Origin: Nostoc sp. DedSLP01 | GTDB lineage: Bacteria; Cyanobacteriota; Cyanobacteriia; Cyanobacteriales; Nostocaceae | Direction of reading: 5' to 3' | Length of the DNA: 64,000 bases | NCBI GenBank assembly: GCA_034530875.2 | Contig: JAVRCJ020000004.1 | Coordinates: forward strand, 128,001-192,000 | In this document: in pieces, positions 31,577 through 42,887 of the stretch | How positions within the stretch are numbered: the first letter of the stretch is position 1 | How the letters are laid out: each line of letters starts with the position of its first letter | Program-made: the position numbers and the translations under genes | Notes under the pieces: model-generated | What the model was told of the DNA's origin: nothing | Seen by the model: the letters and a program-made list of their open reading frames with translations, nothing else | The model's database searches: none

Positions 31577-32749
31577 CTACGTATTCGGAATCAATCTACC
31601 GCAAGGATAAGTTGCTGTTGGCTGCGAAGCATTTTCGGCTACGGCTGCTGGAATTCGATCTGATGATTGGCTTTTGGCTGCTAGATAATCTGTTTGCAGT
31701 TTTTCTAAAATCGCTTCTCGTCTGTCATACAAACGTTTTAAAGGACGAGGTTGGCACTTATTGAGGACGTATGCTGTTACTAGAGGTAAGGCGATCGTAC
31801 TGTCGGTATAACAAACAATTGTGTTAGGTAACTCTTCTGGGTCAATCTTACCCCAGCTGACGGCTTCCGATGGCGTTGCCCCGGATAAACCACCTGTATC
31901 TGGACGAGCATCGGTAAATTGTACAAAGTAATCATGCCCGCGTTCTTCTAGCCCTAATACTTCGTGAATTTGCGGTTGTGTTTGTAGCAAAAAGTTTTTT
32001 GGACTGCCGCCACCAAGGATTATAGCCGCACTTTTCCCTTCTGATTCGCGGGCATTATAGGCGATCGCTGCTGTCTCATTAACGTCAATTGCAGGGTCTA
32101 AGACCAATTGCGAACCTTCCAAAGCCAAAGCTGCTACGTTCATCCCAATCGAGCTATCTCCAGGAGAAGAAGTATAAATTGGTACGCCATATTCATAAGC
32201 TGTAGCCAGCAAGCAAGAATTTTGTACGCCTAATTGCTTTTCTACTTCCCGGACATACTTACCTAATAAATGGTGAAACTCAGCAGTTCCCATACGTTTT
32301 TGGAAAGGTTCTGCTTGCAAAATCTTGCGGATAAAAGCATCGGTTTCTAACAGAACATCGTAGCCAAAGATAATGTCATAAATCCGGATTGTGCCTTGTT
32401 GACGCAGTTTCACATCATCCAAAAACGGATTACCAGCAAACAGTTCAAAACCCAGACCGTAATGCATATCATGGTAAAGATTTGCACCAGTGCTGATTAT
32501 CCAGTCGATAAAGCCGTTGCGAATTAAGGGCGCAAGCGCTGAAACCCCAAATCCTGCCGGCGTCATCGCACCGGAAAGGCTAACTCCTACAGTAACACCT
32601 TCCGTCAGCACATCGCGGCTGAGTAGTTGGCAGATTTCCCGCAAACGTGCTGAGTTATAAGCAGTGAAGTAATTATCGATTAAATCTATTACACTGATAT
32701 CATTTGATATAGGTGTAGGTGCGATTTTTTGGCCCAGCTGTTTAGACAT
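31577..32749 (-). CDS. speY: Deoxyhypusine-synthase-like homospermidine synthase
   Basis: [48 protein letters not shown]. Confidence 0.9.
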   Translation of the reverse strand: MSKQLGQKIAPTPISNDISVIDLIDNYFTAYNSARLREICQLLSRDVLTEGVTVGVSLSGAMTPAGFGVSALAPLIRNGFIDWIISTGANLYHDMHYGLGFELFAGNPFLDDVKLRQQGTIRIYDIIFGYDVLLETDAFIRKILQAEPFQKRMGTAEFHHLLGKYVREVEKQLGVQNSCLLATAYEYGVPIYTSSPGDSSIGMNVAALALEGSQLVLDPAIDVNETAAIAYNARESEGKSAAIILGGGSPKNFLLQTQPQIHEVLGLEERGHDYFVQFTDARPDTGGLSGATPSEAVSWGKIDPEELPNTIVCYTDSTIALPLVTAYVLNKCQPRPLKRLYDRREAILEKLQTDYLAAKSQSSDRIPAAVAENASQPTATYPCGRLIPNT

Positions 32750-32937
32750 TTTGGCACTCCCGAACAGTAAACACGCCGAATTTAATGGTATCTAGCTTTG
32801 AGCCAAAGTAACAGTAATACTATATAGCAAGGGACTGGGGACTGGGGATTGGGTGAAAAGTAGGGTCCGTTAGGACTGTCGTCCATAAGGCACCAAAAAT
32901 TTCAGTGCGTGCAGTGCGTTAGCCTACTGATTCAGAG

Positions 32938-35511
32938 TTAGTTATTTTCAGCAGTTTGATATGCTTCCAGGAGCCTAGCATGATCGAGAGTAAATCCTAC
33001 TTGCATAGCTATCTGGGCAAATAAATCAATTTCAGGCTGTTGCCAGTCACGGGGTGCAGAACACTGATGTGCAATTAACAAGCCAAATAGCTGCTCGTCT
33101 TTGATAATAGGTGCAACTAAATTTGCTTTGACAGCAAAGGATTCGAGCAAGTTAATGTGACAATCAAGTAAACCAGATTCATAAATGTTGTTGACTGCGA
33201 CAACACGACCAGATTGGTACTTTTCGACATAGCTTTGAGTGAAGCAGGGGTCGTGGATTTTAGACCGCAAAACTTTGGGATAACCTGGAAGCACTGATTC
33301 GGCAATTATAATTCCAAACCAATTAGCGTAAAAGCTATAAATCAGTACTCTGTCAGTACTCAATGCTTTGCGAACTTCTTCTACGGTAGTTTTGAGAATA
33401 TCCTCTTCTTTGAGCGATTGACGAATGCTGCGGGTAATATCCATTAGTAACTGACTTCGCCTACTTTCAGCCTCGATTCGTTGCAGCAGCCTAGCATGGT
33501 CGAGAGCAAATCCCACTTGTATGGCTATCTGAGCAAATAAATCAATTTCAGACTGTTGCCAATTACGGGGTCTGGAACACTGATGTGCGATTAACAAGCC
33601 AAATAGCTGTCGATCTTTAATGATGGGGGCGACTAAGTTTGCTTTGACAGCAAAGGTTTCGAGTAAGTCAATGTGGCAATCTGCCAAACCGACTTCATAA
33701 ATATTATTTATCGCTAAAACGCGACCAGATTGATAGTCTTCGACGTAGCCTTGACCAAAGCACGGGTCTTCAATTTCAGCCCGCAAAACTTTCGGATAAC
33801 CTGGAATCACTGATTCAGCAATTACAGTTCCAGACCAATGAGCATTAAAGCTATAAACCATCACTCGGTCTGTACTAAGTAGTTTGCGAACCTCTTCTAC
33901 AGTACTTTTGAGGACATCCTCTTCGTTGAGTGATTGGCGAATGCTGCGGATTGTATCTGCTAGTAACTGACTTTGTACGCCTTCAGCCTCGATTCGTTGC
34001 ACCAACCTAGCATGGTCGAGAGCATATCCTACTTGTATGGCTATCTGGGTAAAGAAATCAATTTCAGACTGTTGCCAATCACGCGGTCTAGAACAATGAT
34101 GTGCAACTAACAAGCCAAATAGTTGCTCGTCTTTGATAATAGGTGCAACTAAATTTGCTTTCACCGCAAAAGATTCGAGCAAGTTAATGTGACAATCAGT
34201 CAAACCGGCTTGGTAAATGTTATTTGTAGCTTGAACGCGCCCAGCCTGATACTTGTCTACATAATCCTCAGCAAAACATGGGTCTCTAATTTCAGAGCGC
34301 AAAACTTTGGGATAACCTGGAACTACTGATTCCGCAATCACAGTTCCAGACCAGTCAGGATTAAAGCTGTAAACTATTACTCGGTCGGTACTTAGTGCTT
34401 TGCGAACTTCTTCTACAGTAGTTTTGATGACATCCTCTTCGTTGAGGGATTGGCGAATGCGGCGCGTAATTTCTATAAATATTTGGGCTTTATCTGCTTT
34501 AGTATCTACCTGTTGGAGAGTCTTGGCGTAGTCGAGGGCAAATCCCACTTGCGTGGCTATGTGAGCGAATAAATCAATTTCAGACTGCTGCCAAAGGCGA
34601 AGTCTGGAACACTGATGTCCAATCAATAAAGCGAATAACTGTTTGTCTTTGAAAATCGGTGCTACTAAATGAGATTTGACGCCAAATTGCTCGAGCAATT
34701 TAATATCATTTTCACTGAGATCCGTTTGATAAATATTATCAATAGCACGGGTAGAACCATTTTGATATTTTTCTATATACTCTGCCTCGAACCCAGAGTC
34801 CGAAACCGTAACTCCCAATAGTTTTGGTAACCCAGGTGCGACTGATTCTGTGATAAAGGTTCCATGAAAGTCGGAACTAAAGCAAAAGATAGTTACGCGA
34901 TCTAAGCTTAAAGCTTTGCGGATTTCTTCTGAGGTAGTTTTAAGAACATCTTCTTGGTTGAATGATTCTCGAACCCAGCGAGTAATTTTGGTCGATAATT
35001 GGGAATAATCAGTTTCGCGTTCTTTCTCTTCTACTAAAACCGAAAGCAACTCTGTGAATAAATTGATGTTTCTTTCTAACATCACTAATTCATCTTGGTT
35101 AGCGATGTAAACTTGAGTAAAATCACTGTCTGGACGCAGCCTATTTTTGATAAAATTAGTAGTCACAGCAGCGTTTTTAATTCGAGTCGTAGCTCGATTG
35201 ACTACAAAAGTTGCGATCGCACCTGCTAATACTGCTGTTACGCCCATACCAGCTAACAAGACTGAAAGCTCTCTGTGTAGATCCGCTTCAATTTCTGTGG
35301 GACTTTTTACATTCTCTTGTCGAATTTGCGGAATTTTCTTGGTAATTAAATTGCTTGCATAAAAGTAAGTAGCTGTCCCAATTGCAACTACAGGTAGAAC
35401 ACTAATGCTAAGTGCCCAAATTATTGCTCTAGTCTTTAAACTCCATTTTTGTTCCCAGAACTTTTGTTGATGATTGCGTCTTCCTTGGTTTTGAGAAAAA
35501 GACTTATTCAT
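32938..35511 (-). CDS. Membrane-anchored tetra-GAF cyanobacteriochrome without output domain
   Basis: Two TM helices, HAMP-like linker, four GAFs; GAF2-4 carry DPCF and CH; stop about 10 residues after the last GAF. Confidence 0.88.
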   Translation of the reverse strand: MNKSFSQNQGRRNHQQKFWEQKWSLKTRAIIWALSISVLPVVAIGTATYFYASNLITKKIPQIRQENVKSPTEIEADLHRELSVLLAGMGVTAVLAGAIATFVVNRATTRIKNAAVTTNFIKNRLRPDSDFTQVYIANQDELVMLERNINLFTELLSVLVEEKERETDYSQLSTKITRWVRESFNQEDVLKTTSEEIRKALSLDRVTIFCFSSDFHGTFITESVAPGLPKLLGVTVSDSGFEAEYIEKYQNGSTRAIDNIYQTDLSENDIKLLEQFGVKSHLVAPIFKDKQLFALLIGHQCSRLRLWQQSEIDLFAHIATQVGFALDYAKTLQQVDTKADKAQIFIEITRRIRQSLNEEDVIKTTVEEVRKALSTDRVIVYSFNPDWSGTVIAESVVPGYPKVLRSEIRDPCFAEDYVDKYQAGRVQATNNIYQAGLTDCHINLLESFAVKANLVAPIIKDEQLFGLLVAHHCSRPRDWQQSEIDFFTQIAIQVGYALDHARLVQRIEAEGVQSQLLADTIRSIRQSLNEEDVLKSTVEEVRKLLSTDRVMVYSFNAHWSGTVIAESVIPGYPKVLRAEIEDPCFGQGYVEDYQSGRVLAINNIYEVGLADCHIDLLETFAVKANLVAPIIKDRQLFGLLIAHQCSRPRNWQQSEIDLFAQIAIQVGFALDHARLLQRIEAESRRSQLLMDITRSIRQSLKEEDILKTTVEEVRKALSTDRVLIYSFYANWFGIIIAESVLPGYPKVLRSKIHDPCFTQSYVEKYQSGRVVAVNNIYESGLLDCHINLLESFAVKANLVAPIIKDEQLFGLLIAHQCSAPRDWQQPEIDLFAQIAMQVGFTLDHARLLEAYQTAENN

Positions 35512-36280
35512 AAATGAAACCTGTATGCACTGCAATTGAAAATCTCAACTTAATCAGCTCAACACCATATTTTCAAAAAATCTGATTTTACAATAGCTAG
35601 GGTTGACGAGCATTTTGAGGTATTAACCCTCTACATCCTGTCCTATAAAGATTGGGTTTTTTGGGATCTTAAAAAAATCAGGTCTGAGTGACAGAATCGC
35701 TGTTTGTGCAATAGCGTTTGATTAAAAAAGAAAGTAAAAATAAATTCAATAACATTTTAGTCCGTTAGGGTGCGCCATTAGGAGTTTAGCATTGCTAACT
35801 GTTAGTAGACATTTAGGTGCTATTTTTGTAGTATTTTGTGACACATGTTACAAATAACATATTGTTTACATTTCCAGTCCTTATAGCAATTATCTATCAA
35901 ATTGCTATGTATTGCAGTGAAAAATTATTAGGACTTATTCTCACAACAGTCAGCTGATTTTACGTTGTTAAAGAATGTTCATTGTTGAAGTATGACATTT
36001 GCGCTTTTACGTCGTCCCAGCATTCTGAATAATACAGTTAAAGCTTAATATTGCGAGAATTCAGCAGTTATCAATGTAAATTCTTGTAAAACTTTCATTT
36101 TATTTAATATTGCTTTAGTTATCTTCTCTGCTTCTTATATCGTAGTCGTATATACAGGATTATCTCAAAGCTCGATTTTTGTAATCTGCATTTGCGATCG
36201 CATTTTTGGCGTTTTGAAAATAGCAACTCGGGACTAGTGGAAGAAACTAGATTTTTGGCGGGAGTTAGTGGCTTGTCTGA

Positions 36281-36411
36281 TAAGTAGCTCAGTGTTAAAA
36301 ATCATCGTTACGATAAGGCAGGAGGCAGGGTGCAGCGGGCAAGAAGGAAGAGGATTACAGCTTGGTTTATTTTTCTTAAGGTAGTTTTGTTTTTTCCCAC
36401 CGATTTACTTA
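36281..36411. mobile_element. Degenerate MITE-like element
   Basis: TAAGTAGCTCAGTG ... CACCGATTTACTTA imperfect inverted ends with GGCAGGA repeats inside. Confidence 0.5.
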
Positions 36412-36756
36412 ACTGAGGAGTTAGGCACTGAAGCCTGAAAGCGTGATTCTATCGTTCTATCCTACGAATCGCTTTCTGTATGATGGGTTTGATGCCTATT
36501 GATAAAGAATTTATTGCAAATAATTAGCAATTATTTGGGAAGAATATTGCATTGTGGAAAAAAGTGCTATCAATTTACAATCAAAAGTATTTTGGCAAAA
36601 AATAATCAGTATTTAGCAGGAGTTTTTTGCAGAATTTTATCTAAACTTTATTTTTTAACTAAATTCAATAAGCAAAAGTTGCAATTAATCTATCAAAATG
36701 AAGTTTGGCTTTCTCAAAATGCTTAATTGCCTTCTGATTTCAGTAGATTCAGCAAG

Positions 36757-36828
36757 TAAAATCAGCTTTTGCTTTCTCATTTTGGTGTTTTCCGCAAACA
36801 AAATCAGCTTTTGCTTTCTCGTTTGGTT
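36757..36828 (+). repeat. 28-bp direct repeat upstream of the FAD/MBL fusion gene
   Basis: AAAATCAGCTTTTGCTTTCTCATTTGGT and AAAATCAGCTTTTTGCTTTCTCGTTTGGT. Confidence 0.8.
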
Positions 36829-37237
36829 AGCTTAATGAAGATGCACCATATATTCTGAGTTTTAGTATCAGTGTTGTTGCAGCAGTATCAGAGTGGTGTC
36901 AAAATTTTCTGACATTTTTCAGAATAAAATTCTGGGTTTTTCAGGAACATTTTGAGGCTAATCAAAAACTACGGTATTTGCATCGGATTTAGATACAAAA
37001 GACAGAGTAATTTCAGAGTTTTAGCTGAAAAAGCTTGTCCAATAACAATTTTGGGTATTTTACGATTAGGCTCGCTACTTTCTGAATTTGGCAAAATAGA
37101 CGCCGAAATGAAATTCCCACTTTTTTGTGTGCATATATGGTTTTTCGATTAATTTCGAGATTTTAATATGCATAATTTTCAGTTTACCTGGCGTAAATTA
37201 ATTGTGTATAAAGCAGCAAACTAAACTGATACGTCTT

Positions 37238-39391
37238 ATGAATAACAATATTTATAACTTAACAGCTACTCCAGCTACTATTGCAATTATTGGTGGTGGT
37301 TTTAGCGGTTCTTTGGTTGCAGCCAATCTTTTACGTCATGCAAATACACCACTATCTATTAAATTGATTGAACGAAATTCTGAAGTGGGGAAAGGAGTTG
37401 CTTACGGTACGCCAGTAGATTGTCATTTGCTGAATGTACCAGCTGGAAAGATGAGTGCATTTGCAGACGAACCAAATCACTTTCTCAACTGGCTGCACGG
37501 TAACGGACACGAACAGGTAACTGCATCTACTTTTGTGCCGCGCCAGGTTTACGGAGATTACGTGCAGGCGACTTTAAAAGCAGCACAAGTGAATGCAGCA
37601 GCTGATGTGCAGTTAGAAAGAATTGTAGATGAAGCGATCGCCATTGAAACAAAATCCTCTAGCACAATCGTATATCTGGGCAGCGGTAAGCGTTTGGATG
37701 TACAAAAGGCTGTGTTAGCTTTAGGAAATTTCCCGGCAATTGTGCCTCAACCAATTGCTAATTTAAACCAGCAATATCTTAAAGATGCTTGGTCGAGTAA
37801 TGCGATCGCCGATTTAGATTCAGAAGATGCTATTCTCTTGGTGGGTACGGGCTTAACAATGGCGGATACCGTAGTTGCCTTACGCCAGCAAGGTTTTCAA
37901 GGAAAAATCCATGCTGTCTCGCGCCACGGATTAATGCCTTGTCGTCACAAATCAACAACGCCTTATCCCGCATTTATTGATGTCGAAACTGCACCAAAAA
38001 CCGCACGAGGACTACTACATATAGTACGTCAAGAACTGCGATCGGCACTGAGTCAAGGGCAAGATTGGCGTGCAGTAATCGATGCCATTCGTCCAGTGAC
38101 TCAACAACTGTGGCAAGCATTACCATTGACAGAACAAAAGCGATTTTTACGCCATGTCAAAGCTTATTGGGAAGTTCGCCGCCATCGCATAGCCGCAGAA
38201 ATTGCTCAAGTACTTGATGCTGCAATGGAATCTGGCCAACTGATCCATTATGCAGGTCGAATTCAAAGCTGTCAGCAGTTGGAAAATGCAGTGAATGTCA
38301 AAATTTGCCAACGCGGGACGCACAAAAATATTGTTTTGCGAGTCAACCGAATTATAAACTGCACCGGTGCAAATTGCGATTACCGGAGATTACAACACCC
38401 ATTGGTCGCCAGTTTGCAAGAACAGCGCTTGATTCGTGCTAATTCATTATCGATGGGAATCGACACAGCCGCCAATGGTGCGGTGATAGATGCAGATGGC
38501 AAAGCATCTGAAATGTTGTACACCTTAGGGACACCGCGCAAAGGCAATCTTTGGGAAACTACAGCCGTTCCAGAAATTAGGGTTCAAGCAGCAAGTTTGG
38601 CGCAGGAGTTACTGAAATCTCTCAATTCCTATGCTACTCCTGTGGAAGGAAATCTATCATTGACGTTGAGGAAACCTGTCATGCTATTTCGTCAACTGTT
38701 CGATAAAGAATCGAGTACCTATACTTACTTGATTGCTGACCTGGAAACTAAAACAGCCGTCTTAGTTGATTCTGTATTGGAACAAGTTGAACGCGATTTA
38801 AAAGTATTGCAACAATTAGATCTGACTTTACGTTACTGTCTGGAAACTCACATCCATGCCGACCACATCACAGGTACAGACAGACTCAGGTCGCTGACTG
38901 GTTGTTTAGCTATTGTGCCTGAGAATTCAGCGGCTGCTTGTGCAGACCGCTATATTGGCGATAATGATATTTTGCAATTGGGGAATGTACGGATTAGAGC
39001 GATCGCTACTCCCGGTCATACTAACAGCCATTTGGCATACTTAGTCAACGACACTCATCTATTAACTGGAGATGCCTTATTTATCCGGGGTTGCGGTCGT
39101 ACCGACTTCCAAAACGGCGACCCAGGAGCATTATATGATGCCGTGACTCAAAAGCTATTTGCATTACCAGAAGACACCTTAGTATATCCCGGTCACGACT
39201 ACCAAGGGCAGACAGCATCCACCATTGGCGAAGAAAAGCGCTGGAATCCTCGCTTTGCCGGACGCACCCGCAACGAGTTCATCGAACAAATGAACAACCT
39301 CAATCTACCCAAACCGAAAAAAATATCGGAAGCGGTACCTGCAAATCAACAGTGTGGCAAAGTTTTAGTTGCATTGGATTACCAAATTTGA
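37238..39391 (+). CDS. FAD/NAD(P)-binding oxidoreductase fused to ETHE1-like persulfide dioxygenase (MBL fold)
   Basis: IIGGGFSG, GKGVAYG, HLLNVPAGKMSA, VGTGLTMAD, WETTAVPEIR; then MLFRQLFD, THIHADH, PGHT, GCGRTDFQ, PGHDY. Confidence 0.88.
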   Translation: MNNNIYNLTATPATIAIIGGGFSGSLVAANLLRHANTPLSIKLIERNSEVGKGVAYGTPVDCHLLNVPAGKMSAFADEPNHFLNWLHGNGHEQVTASTFVPRQVYGDYVQATLKAAQVNAAADVQLERIVDEAIAIETKSSSTIVYLGSGKRLDVQKAVLALGNFPAIVPQPIANLNQQYLKDAWSSNAIADLDSEDAILLVGTGLTMADTVVALRQQGFQGKIHAVSRHGLMPCRHKSTTPYPAFIDVETAPKTARGLLHIVRQELRSALSQGQDWRAVIDAIRPVTQQLWQALPLTEQKRFLRHVKAYWEVRRHRIAAEIAQVLDAAMESGQLIHYAGRIQSCQQLENAVNVKICQRGTHKNIVLRVNRIINCTGANCDYRRLQHPLVASLQEQRLIRANSLSMGIDTAANGAVIDADGKASEMLYTLGTPRKGNLWETTAVPEIRVQAASLAQELLKSLNSYATPVEGNLSLTLRKPVMLFRQLFDKESSTYTYLIADLETKTAVLVDSVLEQVERDLKVLQQLDLTLRYCLETHIHADHITGTDRLRSLTGCLAIVPENSAAACADRYIGDNDILQLGNVRIRAIATPGHTNSHLAYLVNDTHLLTGDALFIRGCGRTDFQNGDPGALYDAVTQKLFALPEDTLVYPGHDYQGQTASTIGEEKRWNPRFAGRTRNEFIEQMNNLNLPKPKKISEAVPANQQCGKVLVALDYQI

Positions 39392-39769
39392 AATTGCCAT
39401 TTATCGTTAATTTCTGGAACCTTGCCATATTTTCCTAGTCAAGGAACGAGCCGATATGCATAAAAAGTGCAAAATAGTCTAAGAGTACTTTAAAGATTCT
39501 ATTAATTCGGCTCTCCTGACCTCGATCGCATTTTACAAAACAACTCAGGAACTATTCAATTTTTTCTCACGTCTGGCTGTTATTACCCTTATCGTGTCTA
39601 ATTTCTAGGCTTGCGATCGCTCCTGAAGAACCGCTTGTTATGGTTACAAGTGAAGGAGTATTAATTTTTGTATAGTTATATTTATTCATTTTTTTGGCAC
39701 TTTTTCCCGTAATTACTCTATTCAGTTTTGTTTTAAGTAGTAGTTGCGTTAATTAATGTATCTAGAAAT

Positions 39770-40981
39770 ATGCAATTACTCAGAAATATTATTAGTTCTG
39801 TTAGTCAGCAATTTGCAAACAATGCTTCTGAAGAAAATAAACAGATTGATTGGTTTGATAAGCCAGAGATTGGTTTTCAACAAGGAAGCGTTTCTCGAGA
39901 TAATATCTTTCAAAATGATTTCTACAAACCGACAGTAGAAATGTTAGAAGCGAAAAATTCTTGGCTATTAACCCAGTGGAGTGCAAGCGTAATTGCAGCA
40001 TCAGAAAATGCAAATAAAGTAGCTGAAAGAGTATCTCAAAAAATTGATTATTTGGAACAAGAAATTGAAGTTTTAAGCAAGGAGAAATATGCAGCAGAAA
40101 GTGCTATACAACTTTTGCGAAAAGAGGAATACGAACAACAGCTTTCTCAAATAAAGCCCTACAAGAAACCTTTGTGGCATTGGCTGTTAGTATTTGGGCT
40201 TTCTTACTCACTTTTTTTAGGTCTGAATAAGCATTCTGATGTAGAGCTAAAACGTTTGAAGCCTGTTCAATATCCAATTGCAGCGTTAAATCTATCTGCT
40301 GCTGTGGGTATTACATTATCCATTAAAGCCACAATGTCATCTTTAGGAAAACGCAGTCAAAAATTTGATGTTGAATCCGGTTTTAACGATCTAAACTACC
40401 TTGGCACTTTTCCTTGGTGGTCGCTACTTCAAAAAGGTAACGGAGCCTTATGGCTTGGATTAGGCTTCATTACTTTAGAAACTTGTTTTGCTTTTCCCGG
40501 ATTAATCAGTATTTTGCAAACAAGTTTAGCCAAGCAAGCTATCTATCAAGTAGCAACATTTGGAGCATCTGCTCTCTCTGCAACAGTCAATATTGCTCTT
40601 GCTTGGAGTACAGGATTAGAAGAGGCAATGCATATACACGTACAAGAATTAGAGGCACAGAAACTTAACGAACAGCTAAAAGAAATCCTCGACCCTAAAG
40701 AAGATTATAAAATCGCTACGAACAATGAGTTATATAGAAGAAAAATCGAAGCTGCCGATCGGAGAATAGAAGAACTGCAAGAAGAAATTAGAAAACAAGA
40801 AGAGTTCCGCGATCGAGCAGAAGAAAAAGCTCGGTTGGAGCACGAACGCTGGGGATATTTAATGAAACAATACATCGAAAAACCTGGACAATCTAGCCCT
40901 CATCAGTATAGTCAGAATAGCCAAATTCCTACAGCCTCCAATAATGGAAATAAAAAACTTCAAGTGCAGCAGCAAAATTAA
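39770..40981 (+). CDS. Hypothetical membrane protein, about 4 TM helices flanked by coiled coils
   Basis: 403-aa ORF; hydrophobic segments between E/K/Q-rich heptad regions. Confidence 0.8.
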   Translation: MQLLRNIISSVSQQFANNASEENKQIDWFDKPEIGFQQGSVSRDNIFQNDFYKPTVEMLEAKNSWLLTQWSASVIAASENANKVAERVSQKIDYLEQEIEVLSKEKYAAESAIQLLRKEEYEQQLSQIKPYKKPLWHWLLVFGLSYSLFLGLNKHSDVELKRLKPVQYPIAALNLSAAVGITLSIKATMSSLGKRSQKFDVESGFNDLNYLGTFPWWSLLQKGNGALWLGLGFITLETCFAFPGLISILQTSLAKQAIYQVATFGASALSATVNIALAWSTGLEEAMHIHVQELEAQKLNEQLKEILDPKEDYKIATNNELYRRKIEAADRRIEELQEEIRKQEEFRDRAEEKARLEHERWGYLMKQYIEKPGQSSPHQYSQNSQIPTASNNGNKKLQVQQQN

Positions 40982-41304
40982 GTGTAATTTATAGGACTCC
41001 TACTTGATTTTTCAAAAAAATCATTACACTTTTTCTCTGTTAAGAGTTTCTTCTCTCTACAACTGATTCTCCGAACAAAATCGAATTACTATAGCCATGA
41101 GATTTGTCGCTTAATAACATTTACTTAACTTGAGATATCGATAAATCAAAAGTTTTGAAATGCACATTCTTATTAGACGACAATTCTATTACAAAAGACA
41201 TCTGAAGAATATTTCTATAGTGTCTATTCTAACAAATATTCTTGACTCCTTTACCAAATACTTTCAGGAATTAGTGCCTAACTACAATTACTAAGAGGTT
41301 AAGT

Positions 41305-41964
41305 ATGAATCGCAAGTCTGTTTTGAAAAAACAAAATTCTACTAATGACAAAAACATGATGATGAAGTTAGGTATTACAGGTAGTGCAATGACTACAGCA
41401 TTGGTTGCTTTCATTGGATTTAGTAAAATACCTTCAACGCCAACCAAACCTGATGCACAAGTTTATATTGCTTATCAACTTAACAACGAGAAAGCAGTAA
41501 CCTTTGTAACAGACATCAACGATAAATTTTCTCGCACTAACTCAGAATATCCGACGAATGTCGATATTTTGAAAGGTGGGCGGGTATCTAATATTTATGG
41601 CGTGTCTTCAGAAGGGTCTATTCGAGATATTGAAAAAGATTTGCATGTCACGCCTTCTGACGAACGAGCATTGATTCAAGCACTCAATCGAATTAAAGGC
41701 TTGATTAATGAAAAGCAGAAATTACATGCATTTATTGTTACTGAAGGAAGCGACGATAAGTCAACCTTGAAAAAAATTCAGAACATTGCTGAAGAAATAG
41801 CGAACAAAAAACCTCAAAATTTTTATATCTATCTTCTGGGGCTGAAGCCAGAGTTGAAAATCGAGTTTTCGGATGCTTTTCATGCAATAAAAGAAATTGT
41901 CAGCTCATGCCCTAATACTCAGTACGAGCAGTGTTCCTCCTTGGTTGAAAAAATAGAGGAATAA
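41305..41964 (+). CDS. Hypothetical membrane-anchored protein, possible divergent vWA fold
   Basis: GAGG RBS; N-terminal hydrophobic anchor; AFIVTEG and IYLLGL resemble vWA strands. Confidence 0.65.
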   Translation: MNRKSVLKKQNSTNDKNMMMKLGITGSAMTTALVAFIGFSKIPSTPTKPDAQVYIAYQLNNEKAVTFVTDINDKFSRTNSEYPTNVDILKGGRVSNIYGVSSEGSIRDIEKDLHVTPSDERALIQALNRIKGLINEKQKLHAFIVTEGSDDKSTLKKIQNIAEEIANKKPQNFYIYLLGLKPELKIEFSDAFHAIKEIVSSCPNTQYEQCSSLVEKIEE

Positions 41965-42332
41965 CTACATTATTTTTGGTTAATTAGTTTGAAGTTAGTA
42001 GAAAATCAAATGATAATTAATCCCCTCAGAATTACCACACAGTAGTTTGAGGGACTTATCTTAAGTTTGCATGATTCGTCAGCTTTATCCCGTAAAGAAG
42101 CATACAAGCGATCGCTAATACCGCTGTATAAAAAATAAGCAATTCTATTCTGAAACGCTTGCAAATCATCCATATTAGATTGTATATAATTCTTTTTTAG
42201 TATAAAAATATATACATACAATTTTTGATAATACCAATAAAAAGTTTGATTTTCCTTGTCTCTAACGATAGATATATTTTATTAACTAATAGTTTAGATT
42301 TGTAACAGATTACACAGAACTAGGTAGAACAC

Positions 42333-42737
42333 ATGGCTAACATAATCGACACCGCTGTTAATGCTGGTTCTTTCAAGACCTTAGTTGCAGCAATCCAAGC
42401 AGCTAATTTAGTAGATACTCTGCAAGGCGATGGCCCATTCACTGTCTTTGCACCTACAGATGAAGCGTTTAACAAGCTTCCAGCCGGTACAGTAGATAGT
42501 TTACTTCAAGACATTCCCCAACTCACGAAAATCTTGACCTATCATGTTGTCCCAGGTAAAGTACTGGCTGCTGATGTGGTTAAACTGGATACAGCTACAA
42601 CAGTTGAAGGTTCAGATGTGAAAATTAACGCTTCTAATGGCAGCGTTAAAATAAATGATGCAACAGTTGCAACCCCGGATGTTAATGCTGATAACGGTGT
42701 CATCCACGTTATTGACACAGTTTTAATTCCTGCATAA
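42333..42737 (+). CDS. Fasciclin (FAS1) domain protein
   Basis: [29 protein letters not shown]. Confidence 0.95.
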   Translation: MANIIDTAVNAGSFKTLVAAIQAANLVDTLQGDGPFTVFAPTDEAFNKLPAGTVDSLLQDIPQLTKILTYHVVPGKVLAADVVKLDTATTVEGSDVKINASNGSVKINDATVATPDVNADNGVIHVIDTVLIPA

Positions 42738-42837
42738 GCAAATGTGAAAATAGCAAATGCTATTTGTGGGGTGTTGACTATTTATAGTCTTTCTCCATAA
42801 CTGTTTGAACCTTTTTTAGCAAACATTAGCTATCAAT

Positions 42838-42868
42838 AAATCCATCTAGATAGTATCTAGATGGATTT
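42838..42868. terminator. Palindromic bidirectional terminator candidate
   Basis: AAATCCATCTAGATA-G-TATCTAGATGGATTT between convergent genes. Confidence 0.7.
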
Positions 42869-42887
42869 GTTGTTTGAATGAGTACAA

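Noticed and set aside
31147..31764. Four overlapping ORFs (WEVWGV, PHLPH, etc.)
   Set aside because: They are translations of STRR low-complexity repeats between convergent genes.
36499..37152. Short ORFs 36499..36726 and 36952..37152
   Set aside because: TTG starts, AT-rich composition, and no RBS or recognisable motif.
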